NCBI GenBank assembly: GCA_913775595.1
Contig: CAJYLB010000001.1
Coordinates: 372,001-436,000, forward strand
Source of the DNA: an uncultured Aquiluna sp.
GTDB lineage: Bacteria; Actinomycetota; Actinomycetes; Actinomycetales; Microbacteriaceae
Direction: 5' to 3'
Length of the DNA: 64,000 bases
Position numbers and translations under genes: made by a program. The notes below the pieces were generated by a model that was given only the letters and a program-made list of their open reading frames with translations, was not told the DNA's origin and did not search any database. This document shows positions 30,108-40,087 of the stretch, piece by piece; the first letter of the stretch is position 1, and every line of letters starts with the position of its first letter.

Positions 30108-32558
30108 CTATAGGTAGTAGCTGTAGGCAACTATCCCACGCTTCACCAGGTCGATCGCGCGATAGCTGGTCTCAGCCAGCAGCGGGTCAGCGGACTGCGA
30201 GAGCTGGTCCAGAAGATCAATAATTTGCTTGCTCCAGCGGATGAAGTCTCCTGCCAAAAGCCCAGCCAGCTTCAACGCATCGTCTAACCTGCTTCCGGTT
30301 GCCCAGCGATAGACGGCCCAGGTGATGCCAAGGTCTAGAGGCTGCTCTTTTTTCAGTCGATGCCTTTCTTGGAGCTCGAAAAGGTCCTCCTGAATGCGTT
30401 CGGTCTGCTCTAACGCATCGCGGAAATTTCCTTTGGGGAGCTTTGGCTCAAACTCTCCCTCATCCGAGCGCCCCTCATAGACCAGTGACGCTGCCATGGC
30501 TGCCATCGCGGCGGGGTCCAGCTCTCGCCAAGCGCCTCGGTTTATACATTCGGCAATTAGTAGATCGCGCTCGCCGTAGATCTTCGAGAGCCTGGCTCCA
30601 GAGGTTGTTACCTCATACTCTCCGGAGGCTTTGCTGAGATAGTCGAGATCTGTGAGAAGGTCACAGATGCGGTCAAAAACCTTTGCCACCTGGCCAGTTT
30701 TTTGATCCATCTCCCTCAGTGATGCGTCAACCTCTCGCTTGAGCTTGAAGTAGCGCTCGCCCCACCTGGCATGAACCTCTCGGTCAGAGCACTGGTGACA
30801 GGGGTGGATGCGTAGCTCTTTCCTGAGCCTTCCGAGCTGCGACTCGATGGTGCGCATCTGCTTGGTTTGACGGATGTCATTTCCAACCCGGTTGCGAATT
30901 CTTGAGCTCTCACGCTCAAGGTCAGAAATCTCCCTGCGAATTCTTGCGTATTCTTTGAAGTCGCCAAGGTGACAGCTGAGTGCCTCCTCATAGCCCTTCA
31001 AAGATTCCTGCTTGTCTTTTATTACCTGCGCCACACCAACCACTGATCGATCAGCCTGAAACTGCGCAAAAGACCTTTCAAGGACTTCTCTCGCGCGATT
31101 CTTTCCAAATGCGGCGATTAGGTTGACCGCCATGTTGTAGGTGGGCCTAAACGAGCTATTGAGCGGGTAGGTGCGCTTTGAGGCGAGGCCAGCGACGATG
31201 TTTGGGTCTAGTTGTGCTCCCCAAACAACTACCGAGTGACCCTCTGTATCAATACCCCTTCTGCCAGCGCGACCTGTCAGCTGGGTGTACTCCCCCGCGG
31301 TGATGTTCACGCGCGACTCACCGTTGTATTTGTCTAGGCGCTCCAAAACCACTGTTCTGGCCGGCATGTTAATACCCAGCGCGAGGGTCTCAGTTGCGAA
31401 GACGACCCTTACCAACTTTCGAAGAAACAGCTCCTCCACAACCTCCTTGAAGGCTGGCAACATGCCCGCGTGATGAGAGGCGAAGCCTCGTTCGAGAGAC
31501 TCCAACCATTCGAAGTAGCCGAGCGTGTCAAGGTCCTCGTCTGATATTGAGGAGCACCTTGCCTCCACCAGCGCCCTAATCTCAAGCTGCTCTTCTTTTG
31601 TGGTGAGTCTGATGCCGGATCTTCTGCAATTAATCATGGCCTGATCGCAGCCCGCCCTAGAGAAGATGAAAAAGATTGCCGGCAATAGCTGCAAATCGTC
31701 CAGTTTTTCTACAATTTCAGGCTTATCGAGTCTCGGGAAATTGCGCTGGTTGGGGCCACCGAGCCCACTGCGGCCTTTGCCGTATTTGCCTCGGCTCCGG
31801 ATGGGTGCTCTGGAGCGAGCCTGGTGCTTTTGCGTCAGTTCAGGATTCACTCTTAGCTGGTCACTGCCACTCTCAAATAGCTCTAGCAACTCATCCCCAA
31901 AGAGAACGTGCTGATGAAGTGGCACAGGGCGATGCTCAGAGACGATGATCTCGGTGTTACCCCTAACCTCGGCTAGCCAGGCGCCAAACTCCTCTGCGTT
32001 TGAAACAGTTGCCGACAATGACACGACGCGCACATATTTTGGAAGGTGGAGCATTACTTCCTCCCAGACCGCTCCCCTGAACCTGTCAGCCAGGTAGTGA
32101 ACCTCATCCATTACTACAAAGCCGAGGTCCTTCAGCGACGTGGAGGTCGCATAGATCATGTTTCGCAGCACCTCAGTGGTCATGACTACGATCTGCGCCT
32201 CAGAATTGTTGTTGTTGTCGCCTGTTAGCAGCCCGACCCGTTCTTTGCCATAGCGCTTCACCAGCTCCGCAAACTTTTGGTTGCTGAGAGCCTTAATGGG
32301 AGTGGTGTAGAAGACCTTTTGCCCGGAGGAAAGGGCGAGGTGAATGGCAAACTCCCCCACGACCGTCTTTCCCGCACCGGTGGGCGCTGCGACCAAGACA
32401 CCATGCCCTCCCTCAAGTGATCTGCAGGCCCGCTCCTGAAAGTCATCTAATGGAAATGCAAGCTCGGCACTGAAAAGCTCGAACTCGGGGAACTTGGCTT
32501 TACTCTTTGCCTTCTTGTAGCGCTCGGCAGGACTCGGCTCAGTCGAGCTCGAGGTCAT
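30108..32558 (-). CDS. helY: Ski2-like DEAD/DEAH helicase HelY
   Basis: APTGAGKT, PIKALSNQK, DEVH, SAT, ATETLALGINMPA, GRAGRRG. Confidence 0.95.
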   Translation of the reverse strand: MTSSSTEPSPAERYKKAKSKAKFPEFELFSAELAFPLDDFQERACRSLEGGHGVLVAAPTGAGKTVVGEFAIHLALSSGQKVFYTTPIKALSNQKFAELVKRYGKERVGLLTGDNNNNSEAQIVVMTTEVLRNMIYATSTSLKDLGFVVMDEVHYLADRFRGAVWEEVMLHLPKYVRVVSLSATVSNAEEFGAWLAEVRGNTEIIVSEHRPVPLHQHVLFGDELLELFESGSDQLRVNPELTQKHQARSRAPIRSRGKYGKGRSGLGGPNQRNFPRLDKPEIVEKLDDLQLLPAIFFIFSRAGCDQAMINCRRSGIRLTTKEEQLEIRALVEARCSSISDEDLDTLGYFEWLESLERGFASHHAGMLPAFKEVVEELFLRKLVRVVFATETLALGINMPARTVVLERLDKYNGESRVNITAGEYTQLTGRAGRRGIDTEGHSVVVWGAQLDPNIVAGLASKRTYPLNSSFRPTYNMAVNLIAAFGKNRAREVLERSFAQFQADRSVVGVAQVIKDKQESLKGYEEALSCHLGDFKEYARIRREISDLERESSRIRNRVGNDIRQTKQMRTIESQLGRLRKELRIHPCHQCSDREVHARWGERYFKLKREVDASLREMDQKTGQVAKVFDRICDLLTDLDYLSKASGEYEVTTSGARLSKIYGERDLLIAECINRGAWRELDPAAMAAMAASLVYEGRSDEGEFEPKLPKGNFRDALEQTERIQEDLFELQERHRLKKEQPLDLGITWAVYRWATGSRLDDALKLAGLLAGDFIRWSKQIIDLLDQLSQSADPLLAETSYRAIDLVKRGIVAYSYYL

Positions 32559-33330
32559 CGGTGCCCACCAACTTAGCTAGTTTGCGTTCCCTGCGTTTGT
32601 CGTTGGCCATCGCAATACCGATTGCCGAGAAGTAGAGCGCGCTCAAAGGTGCCATGAGGAGGAACATCGTCATGGGCTCAGCGGTAGGGGTTGCCAGGGC
32701 GGAGACGACAGCGATGATGAATACCGCAAGTCTCCAAGACTTCAGGATGCCTCGTCCAGTTGCGAGGCCGGCGAAATTTAGGAGCACTAGAACTACTGGC
32801 ATTACAAAGGCAATGCCAAAGATTAGAAGGATCCGGATGGCAAACAGGATGTATTCACTGGCATTGATAACGTTCGAGCTTCCCTCAGGCGTAAAGCCAA
32901 TCAAGACCACTACGAATCCGGGAAGTGAGGTCCAGGCAAGCGCAGTGCCGGCGAGAAAGAGCGGCACCGCCGCAACCGTGAAGCCTGTCGCGTAGCGCTT
33001 CTCCTTCTGCTTGAGCCCCGGAGCAATAAAGGCCCAGAAGTTCCAAAGCCACACGGGAGAAGTAAGGATGACGCCCAAGAAAATTGAAATCTGAATTCTG
33101 AGGTCGAATGCCGAGACGACGGTACCGAAGTTGACAATCGCCTCAATGCCTCGGCGCTCGGTGACCTCAATTAGAGGCTCCTGGAGAATCTTGAAAACGG
33201 GGTCAAACAGGAACCAGCCAACAACTGAGCCAGCCAGAATGAAACCCGCCGACCATGAAAGACGCGTTCTAAGCTCCCTGAGGTGGGAGCCAAGACTCAT
33301 TCGGCGCTCTTTGTCTTTGCGCCGAGCCAT
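32539..33330 (-). CDS. tatC: Twin-arginine translocase TatC
   Basis: HLRELR.RL, FIAPGL...E, six TM segments. Confidence 0.96.
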   Translation of the reverse strand: MARRKDKERRMSLGSHLRELRTRLSWSAGFILAGSVVGWFLFDPVFKILQEPLIEVTERRGIEAIVNFGTVVSAFDLRIQISIFLGVILTSPVWLWNFWAFIAPGLKQKEKRYATGFTVAAVPLFLAGTALAWTSLPGFVVVLIGFTPEGSSNVINASEYILFAIRILLIFGIAFVMPVVLVLLNFAGLATGRGILKSWRLAVFIIAVVSALATPTAEPMTMFLLMAPLSALYFSAIGIAMANDKRRERKLAKLVGTDDLELD

Positions 33331-33521
33331 TAGTCTTGCTTCTTCTCGCTCTCGCTAGCCTCGTTCTTGACCTCGGCGGCCTCGCCGTTCTTGTCGATCT
33401 CCTTCTTGAAGATGCGCATCGACTGAGCTGCACTCTTGGCTAGAGCCGGAAGCTTCGGTGCTCCCCACAGCAACAGGACGATTGCAAGAATGATGATCCA
33501 TTCCCAGCCTTGAAGTCTCAT
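33330..33521 (-). CDS. tatA: Twin-arginine translocase TatA
   Basis: TM helix, G..KLP.LA.S..QSMRIFK.E. Confidence 0.93.
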   Translation of the reverse strand: MRLQGWEWIIILAIVLLLWGAPKLPALAKSAAQSMRIFKKEIDKNGEAAEVKNEASESEKKQD

Positions 33522-33523
33522 GC

Positions 33524-33835
33524 CTACCTCTTATCTATTTCGATCTCTCGAATCCGCTGCACCAGTCTACGCTGTCTGTCTTCAGCTTTTCGTGCTCTTG
33601 CACGTTTGAGAGCTTGCCTTTCTCCAACAACCCTAATCAGGTCATCGTGGGTTGTGGGAGAGGCGGGCTCAGGGTCCTCGGTCTGGGTGCCAGCAATGTC
33701 TGAGATAAATCCCTTGGCGCGCTCGAGTTCTTTCTTCACGGCTTTTACGGCCAGAAGGATGCGGTACGCGCTCAGGCCTAGAGCGTAGAGGCCACCCAGA
33801 ACGGCGACCCAGATGGCTATGGTCGTTGGGTCCAT
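33524..33835 (-). CDS. Hypothetical membrane-anchored protein
   Basis: N-terminal TM helix, basic helical tail; abuts pafC and tatA. Confidence 0.8.
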   Translation of the reverse strand: MDPTTIAIWVAVLGGLYALGLSAYRILLAVKAVKKELERAKGFISDIAGTQTEDPEPASPTTHDDLIRVVGERQALKRARARKAEDRQRRLVQRIREIEIDKR

Positions 33836-34797
33836 TAGTCCTCATCTCCCGGTGCAGCCGCTCCCAAGAGTGCTCGCTTGGCGAAGTCCCTGACGGACTG
33901 CCTCGCGCTCTCAGGAGAAATTACCCTAACCATGCCCCCATACTTTGCCACATGCCTTCCCAGGGCAGCCAGGCTCCCCACAAGAATGGTGCCCTCAATC
34001 AGGTCACCCTTTCGCTTGGGAGTCCCACGGACAGGAAAATTCCAGAAGATCTCTGCTGCCTCGGCGCTCGCCACAACATCCACGAGCTGCTCTTGTCCGG
34101 CATCTCCAAACACCTCATCAGGAATCTTCAGTGCTTTGGTCTGATCCGCAACCCTGCTTGAAGTTAAGTCGATGCTTTGTATCCGGTCAAGCCGGAAAGC
34201 CCTCAGCTCGGATTTCGAGCGGCAAAAACCGCGAAGGTAGTGCCTGCGACCTATGAGGTCGATGCGCAAGGGCTCTATCACCCTCGTTGACTTGGCGCCG
34301 GTCTGGTTCACGTATTCGCACTCAATAGCGTGTTCGCTGAGTATGGCCTCTTGAAGCTTTGCGATTTGCTCGGAGAGTCTCGATGGATCATGAGAGGTAA
34401 CAGCAGCAGGCGAATGCTCACTTATCAGCTCTCGCAACTCCCTAAGGTCGGAATCAGCCTGAAACTGGGGTATGGCTGCCAGATAGTCAAGACCAATAGC
34501 AATAGAACTCAACTGCCGCCTCGAAAGTGCAGGTGGCTCACTCAAACTCGACATACCCTGGGAGAGCGAGACATAACCCTCGTCGAGCTCGTCTACATCT
34601 ACATAAAAATGAGTCTCGTAGTTTCTAACATCCTCACTGTTTGCAATCGCCAAGACAGCCTTCCGAATTGCAGTCTCACTCACTTCAAATAGTTCAGCAA
34701 GATCACTGACCTTCTGATCGCCGTCTCTTAGAACCGAACCAACAATCGAAAGCGAAAGATTAAAAAGCTCGACTCCATCCAACTCTTGCTTAGGCAT
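33835..34797 (-). CDS. pafC: WYL-domain transcriptional regulator PafC
   Basis: N-terminal HTH, WYL domain (HYLRGFC...RAFRLDRI), WCX tail. Confidence 0.88.
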   Translation of the reverse strand: MPKQELDGVELFNLSLSIVGSVLRDGDQKVSDLAELFEVSETAIRKAVLAIANSEDVRNYETHFYVDVDELDEGYVSLSQGMSSLSEPPALSRRQLSSIAIGLDYLAAIPQFQADSDLRELRELISEHSPAAVTSHDPSRLSEQIAKLQEAILSEHAIECEYVNQTGAKSTRVIEPLRIDLIGRRHYLRGFCRSKSELRAFRLDRIQSIDLTSSRVADQTKALKIPDEVFGDAGQEQLVDVVASAEAAEIFWNFPVRGTPKRKGDLIEGTILVGSLAALGRHVAKYGGMVRVISPESARQSVRDFAKRALLGAAAPGDED

Positions 34798-35728
34798 GAT
34801 CTTTGACCACCGCCTCGAAACCATGCCTTATTCGATCTGCAAGCGACTGGGGACCGATCACCCTGAGCTCAGAACCAAACTCCATCAGGTCCTCTGCGAG
34901 CAGGGCCTCATCCATGAAATGAAGCTCCACGCGTTCGGAGTCCGCGCCAAAATGCCACCAGGCCTCGCTCTCCGGCTCCACCTCAATGACGGCAACATTG
35001 GAGGCAGCAAACTGGGCCAGGTCAGCCTCGGCATCAGCTATCTCCGACTCTGTTGCGGGTTCAAATGAAGCCTCGGTGTCCCTCACCCTGCTAATGATTC
35101 TTCTGAGCAGAAAGTTCTTAATTTCAGCTTGCTCACGGGCTAACAAGACCCACTCCCCCTCGATGAGGCGCAGTTTGATTGGGTCGACCTCTCGAATCGA
35201 TTGACTGCCGTCACTTTTGCGGTAGTCGAAGAGGACAGTGGTGCAGGCGCTTATCGCATCCGCCAGCGGGCCGAATGACTCGTGCTTCGCCACCAAACGC
35301 GGCGAAATATGCTGCAGCTGTCTGTCAATCTGAACCATGCCCCTGGACTTGAGCCGGGTTAGACCGCTTCTAGCGTCAGACCCAAAGAGCTGAGTATTCC
35401 AAGACTTGGCGGCAAGCTCCACAAGACCTAGCTGCTTGGGGTTGAGCTTCATATCCTCTGGCCAACTAAAGCTTCCCCGGCTGATTAGGTAGCGGGAGTT
35501 CTCGCCCTCCTCAAAGGAGTCAATGGTTCGCACCTCAAGCTGAACACCCATGTTTCGCAGAGCAGTCTTGTCGCGGTCGAACATCTTCTCAAGCGCATCT
35601 CCACCGCGGGATTCCCGGTAGGCGGGCACGGAATCAAAGAGATCTTGTTTGCTTAGCCCAATGACAGGAGAGGCAAGCAGGCAGCAAGTCAGGGTGAAAA
35701 GGCGCTCAGCTGGAGTCTGCTTTGCCAC
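34790..35728 (-). CDS. pafB: WYL-domain transcriptional regulator PafB
   Basis: ERLF.L...L, MFDRDK.ALR.MG, WYL region; upstream of pafC. Confidence 0.88.
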   Translation of the reverse strand: MAKQTPAERLFTLTCCLLASPVIGLSKQDLFDSVPAYRESRGGDALEKMFDRDKTALRNMGVQLEVRTIDSFEEGENSRYLISRGSFSWPEDMKLNPKQLGLVELAAKSWNTQLFGSDARSGLTRLKSRGMVQIDRQLQHISPRLVAKHESFGPLADAISACTTVLFDYRKSDGSQSIREVDPIKLRLIEGEWVLLAREQAEIKNFLLRRIISRVRDTEASFEPATESEIADAEADLAQFAASNVAVIEVEPESEAWWHFGADSERVELHFMDEALLAEDLMEFGSELRVIGPQSLADRIRHGFEAVVKDHA

Positions 35729-35745
35729 CTTGCCCCCGTTTTTTC

Positions 35746-36711
35746 CTAGTCTTTGCCTAGAACATCAATTACGAATATCAGAGTAGAACCTGCAGGGATT
35801 GACCCCTGTGCAGAATCGCCGTATCCAAGATCAGGCGGGATAACCGCTATTACTTGAGAGCCGATCTTCACGCCCTCGAGAGCCTGAACAAACCCCTCGA
35901 TCAATGAGTTTGAAGAAACGGTAAAACTAGCTGGCGAGATTCGGTCCCAAGAGCTGTCGAACTGCTCACCCTCCCAGGTCCATCCCGAGTAGTGAACGAT
36001 CACTTGATCGCCAACTGCCACGGGCTCTCCTGAGCCCTCAATTAAGACTGTTCTGCGGAACTCAGTCGGTGGACCTTCTGCGGGAACTTGGATGCCTGGC
36101 TGTCCCTGAGGAGCTAGGACGACCGTGGGCATACCAGCCTCTGCAGATCTCGCGTCTCCAACAGCACGAGGCAAGAAGGCATCGACAACATCGAAGACGA
36201 AAATGATGCCGTCTTCAGCAGCAATTCCAAGAGCGGGGATGCCGGCTGAGTTGTGCGCAGCCTGAGGGTCAAGCAGAACTGCAACCCGTGAACCTACCTG
36301 CACGCCCGTAAGCGCCTTACAAAAGTCTGGGCTGTTGCCCTGCACTAGATCTTGAAAGATGTAGTCATCGGAAGTGAAGTCGCTGGCTTGGAACTGCTCA
36401 CCGGTTGCGGCATTGAATCCTGCATAGTGAAGCGAAACTCTCTGGCCACCAACAATTTGTCCGCCTGAGCCCTCAATGATGACTTTGGTCTCTACTCCGG
36501 TTCCAGCAAGTGGGTAAGGGAAACTAACCTCCGGCTGCTCCCCCAGCTCTCCAGCTGCGGAGATCAGATCGGCGGCATCACCGGTGGAGTAAGCCTCACA
36601 GTTGTTCTCTAGCTGCGTGGACATCTGTGCGTAGCCCTCGGGCTCCGTCTCTGTTGCCGCGCATCCAGCGATTAGGACCACGGGCGCCAAAAGTGCCAGG
36701 ATTTTTTTCAA
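35746..36711 (-). CDS. FKBP-type peptidyl-prolyl isomerase, lipoprotein, two domains
   Basis: Lipobox IAGC, VHYSG, FDSSW, IPPDLGYG, TLIFVID. Confidence 0.93.
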   Translation of the reverse strand: MKKILALLAPVVLIAGCAATETEPEGYAQMSTQLENNCEAYSTGDAADLISAAGELGEQPEVSFPYPLAGTGVETKVIIEGSGGQIVGGQRVSLHYAGFNAATGEQFQASDFTSDDYIFQDLVQGNSPDFCKALTGVQVGSRVAVLLDPQAAHNSAGIPALGIAAEDGIIFVFDVVDAFLPRAVGDARSAEAGMPTVVLAPQGQPGIQVPAEGPPTEFRRTVLIEGSGEPVAVGDQVIVHYSGWTWEGEQFDSSWDRISPASFTVSSNSLIEGFVQALEGVKIGSQVIAVIPPDLGYGDSAQGSIPAGSTLIFVIDVLGKD

Positions 36712-36729
36712 TGGGTTCCCTTCGATGAC

Positions 36730-37692
36730 CTAATTCTTCCGCTTATCTCTCTCGGATGTAACTCTTCTCACGGTCTTTCTCAGCTTTTTCTCACCAATAG
36801 GCCTAACACCCATAGCCTCAGGAAGCCAGGTGTCCATATCTTCATCCGAGAACTCAGCCTTGTTGACCCTCCGAGTTCTGAAGTCGGGAAGTTCTGTGTT
36901 GTCCGCCAGACGCCTTACGGTTAGCAGGAATCCGGTGTGCCCAATCATTCGATGCTCGGGCCTAACCGCTAGCCCCTCCAAGTGCCAAGGCCTGACAGTG
37001 GTCTCAAATGCGTTTGGTGAAGTGAAGCCACCGTGCGACTTGATTTCCTCGACGGTTCTTGACAGCTGGGTCACGGTTGCAACGTAGACAATCAAGACCC
37101 CACCTGGCCTTAGCGTCTGGTGCACCGCTGAAATGCACTCCCATGGCGCCAGCATGTCTAAGACTGCCCTATCAACGCTCTTTGGCGCTAAAGCATTGGG
37201 TAGCTCATCTTGGAGCTTGCCGATTCGCACCGTCCAGTTCTCTGGTTCAAAATCAAGGAAGTTGGCGACGTTTGCCTTGGCAATCTGGGCAAACTCTTCG
37301 CGCAACTCAAAAGAGTGAAGCTGGCCCTTTTCACCGATTGCACGAAGCAGGTATGCAGATAGCGCACCTGAGCCGACGCCTGCCTCCAAGACGGTGGCGC
37401 CCGGGAAGATGTCTCCCTCGACAACTATTTGGGCCGCATCCTTTGGATAAATAATCTGGGCACCGCGTGGCATGGACAGCACGTAGTCGGAAAGCAAAGG
37501 CTTGAGAACCAGGTACTTGTCCCCGTTTTTGTTTTCAATCACCGAGCCAGAGGGTAGGCCGATTATCTGGTCATGATGGATGTCGCCCTTATGCGTGCCT
37601 AGCTTTGCTCCAGCTTCCAGCACGATCGTGTTCACCTTGCCCTTAGGACCCGTGAGCTGCGCCCTGTCACCCGCCTTGAATATCTCACTCAT
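36730..37692 (-). CDS. trmI: tRNA (adenine58-N1)-methyltransferase
   Basis: MPRGAQIIYPKD, EAGVGSG, LDMLAPW, HTGFL. Confidence 0.96.
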   Translation of the reverse strand: MSEIFKAGDRAQLTGPKGKVNTIVLEAGAKLGTHKGDIHHDQIIGLPSGSVIENKNGDKYLVLKPLLSDYVLSMPRGAQIIYPKDAAQIVVEGDIFPGATVLEAGVGSGALSAYLLRAIGEKGQLHSFELREEFAQIAKANVANFLDFEPENWTVRIGKLQDELPNALAPKSVDRAVLDMLAPWECISAVHQTLRPGGVLIVYVATVTQLSRTVEEIKSHGGFTSPNAFETTVRPWHLEGLAVRPEHRMIGHTGFLLTVRRLADNTELPDFRTRRVNKAEFSDEDMDTWLPEAMGVRPIGEKKLRKTVRRVTSERDKRKN

Positions 37693-38353
37693 AGATCCTC
37701 AATTCATTCAGGTTTGAACTCTTGAGTCCAACCAGGGTCTCAATCACTCGCCTGTCAGGCCCCTCGGAAAGCTCAACCATGTTTCTGACGCCGACCGCGT
37801 GGGTGCCGGCAGCTGCGGCGCTGTTCAGCCCAGTCACCGAGTCCTCAAATGCCAGACAATCCTTGGGGTCAACGCCGAGTCTTTTTGCGGCTGTCAGGTA
37901 GGGCTCGGGGTGCGGCTTACCAAACTTCACATCGTCCCCAGCGACCACCACATCAAATGCCTCGAAGGGAATTGACTCTGCAACTGCAAGTGCCATCCTG
38001 CGCATTGACATTGTCACAAGTGCCGTTTTGATGCCGGCCTGCTTCAAATCCAACAGGAGCTCCAAGGCACCCGGTCGCCATGGCAACACCTGGCGCAGCT
38101 GATCAATGACTTCGTCGGTTAGGTGGTCAATGATCTCTTGAACGCTTTTGTCTTGAATGCCGAATTTCTGCCTAATCAGCTCAGATGAATCGTAGAGCGA
38201 TGATCCAATAACGCCCTTCTCGTCCTCTTCCGTCCAAACCGCACCGTACTGGCCGGCAAGACGATTTTGACTGATTGACCAGTAGTGCTCGGAATCGACC
38301 AGAGTCCCATCCATGTCCCACAGCACGGCGAGGGGGAACGTGTTTTTTGACAT
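37685..38353 (-). CDS. HAD family phosphatase
   Basis: DMDGTLVDSE, KPHPEPY, EDS..G. Confidence 0.92.
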   Translation of the reverse strand: MSKNTFPLAVLWDMDGTLVDSEHYWSISQNRLAGQYGAVWTEEDEKGVIGSSLYDSSELIRQKFGIQDKSVQEIIDHLTDEVIDQLRQVLPWRPGALELLLDLKQAGIKTALVTMSMRRMALAVAESIPFEAFDVVVAGDDVKFGKPHPEPYLTAAKRLGVDPKDCLAFEDSVTGLNSAAAAGTHAVGVRNMVELSEGPDRRVIETLVGLKSSNLNELRIYE

Positions 38354-38411
38354 TGGGGCAAGTCTAGTTTGCGCATTGAATTAGAGTTTTCACCTGGAAC
38401 AAAGGAGCCCA

Positions 38412-39263
38412 ATGCTTTCTGGTCGAATCCTTGTTGTGGCGTTCGAAGGTTGGAACGATGCCACCGAGGCCGCCTCAGGGGCTCTAAAGGCGATTGCTGA
38501 GCAGATTCAGGCCGTGACGCTAGACGCAGTCGATCCAGAGGATTACTACGACTTTCAGTTCTCCCGCCCCATGCTTGAGCTCGATGATGATGGAAACCGA
38601 ACGCTGAGCTGGCCCGGCACCGAATTGATGCAGGCTTCCAAGGAGCAAATCGAGAAGATACCCGCACTGGATGATCTCTACCTTCTGGTTGGCACCGAGC
38701 CATCGAGGCGCTGGCTTAGCTTTGCCGGCGAAGTGCTGGAGATGGTGCAAGACAGGGAAATCGACTACGTGATTATGCTTGGTGCGATGCTCGCAGATGT
38801 CCCCCACACGCGGCCGATGCAGGTTTTCCGTTCGAGCCAAAACTCTGCCCTGCGAGACCTGTTTGGCCTTGAGCCCTCTCGCTACGAGGGTCCAGTAGGG
38901 ATACTCACCGTGCTCTCTCAAGCATTTGAGTCCGAAGGAATTCCGGTGCTTTCACTTTGGGGGTCTGTCCCTCACTACGTTCACAACACCTCAAATCCAA
39001 AGGCAGCAATTAGTTTCCTGTCTGAGCTGACCTCCGTGACTCCCTTTGCGTTTGACTCCGACACCCTTACCGAATTGGCTTTTGAGTGGGAGCGTTCAAT
39101 AGACGAGATGGCAGAGTCGGATGAAGAGATGGCTGCCTACGTGAGCCAGCTTGAAACCAGCCGTGATGAGCTTGATTCCCAGCAGGTCTCCGGCGATGCC
39201 CTTGCCAAGGAGTTTGAGCGCTACCTAAGGCAGCGCCCTGATTCACCTAGTGACCAGGGCTAG
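38412..39263 (+). CDS. PAC2 (proteasome assembly chaperone-like) family protein
   Basis: AFEGWNDA, YYDFQ..RP, G.EP..RW, VPHY, EFERYL. Confidence 0.9.
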   Translation: MLSGRILVVAFEGWNDATEAASGALKAIAEQIQAVTLDAVDPEDYYDFQFSRPMLELDDDGNRTLSWPGTELMQASKEQIEKIPALDDLYLLVGTEPSRRWLSFAGEVLEMVQDREIDYVIMLGAMLADVPHTRPMQVFRSSQNSALRDLFGLEPSRYEGPVGILTVLSQAFESEGIPVLSLWGSVPHYVHNTSNPKAAISFLSELTSVTPFAFDSDTLTELAFEWERSIDEMAESDEEMAAYVSQLETSRDELDSQQVSGDALAKEFERYLRQRPDSPSDQG

Positions 39264-40087
39264 ATAGAGCCGACGGCAAGCCCGAGAAGTAGCAGCGAAC
39301 CCACCATTACTCGCCAGAGCACAAAAGGCAGGAACGAGCCACGCTCGAGATATCTCAGGAGCCATGCAATCACCGCATAACCTGACACGAAGCTCACCAC
39401 AGTTGCCGTAATAGTTGCCAGGAGGAGATCCTGCGGCAGATCTCCAAACGAGCTCAGAAACTGCAGACCCCCGGCAGCCAGCACCGCTGGAATTGCGAGG
39501 AGGAAGCTGTAACGAGCAGCCGCCTCTCTCGTGAATCCCAGCAGCAGCCCGACGGTAATCGAGCCTCCCGAGCGGGAGACTCCTGGAATCAATGCGAGGG
39601 CCTGCCCCAGGCCAAATGCAATGCCTGACCCAACACCAAGCTCGGTAATCGGCTTGCGTTTTTTGCCAATAAAGTCTGCCAATCCAAGAAGCAGTCCAAA
39701 GACGATGAGCGTCACGCCAATCACCCAAAGCTGTCGAACGTCGTTTTCAACCTGCTCCCTGAATAGCAGTCCAAGAGTGGCAATTGGCAAGGTGCCGACG
39801 ATAATCAGCCAGCCCATTCGAGACTCCCCCGGCTGTTTGGACCATGCCTGGAAACCAGACCGCAGCCACGCGGAGACTATGGAAAGAATCGTCTTGAAGA
39901 AATAGCTCACGACGGCAAGCTCGGTTCCAATCTGGATTGTTGCGATGAAAGCTGTTAGCTGGGGTCGACTGAGCTCGCTAAGCCCCATTAGCTCCTGGGC
40001 AATCTGGACGTGGGCGGAGGATGAGATTGGTAGGAACTCAGTAAGACCTTGTATTAGCCCAAGCAGGATGGCTTCAAAAAAACTCAC
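39260..40087 (-). CDS. uppP: Undecaprenyl-diphosphatase
   Basis: QGLTEFLPISSSAH, PGVSRSG. Confidence 0.97.
   Translation of the reverse strand: MSFFEAILLGLIQGLTEFLPISSSAHVQIAQELMGLSELSRPQLTAFIATIQIGTELAVVSYFFKTILSIVSAWLRSGFQAWSKQPGESRMGWLIIVGTLPIATLGLLFREQVENDVRQLWVIGVTLIVFGLLLGLADFIGKKRKPITELGVGSGIAFGLGQALALIPGVSRSGGSITVGLLLGFTREAAARYSFLLAIPAVLAAGGLQFLSSFGDLPQDLLLATITATVVSFVSGYAVIAWLLRYLERGSFLPFVLWRVMVGSLLLLGLAVGSI

Noticed and set aside
33835..35728. WYL proteins as markers of an anti-phage island
   Set aside because: Tandem HTH-WYL-WCX pair in the canonical FKBP-tatAC-helY context is housekeeping PafBC; no defence effectors nearby
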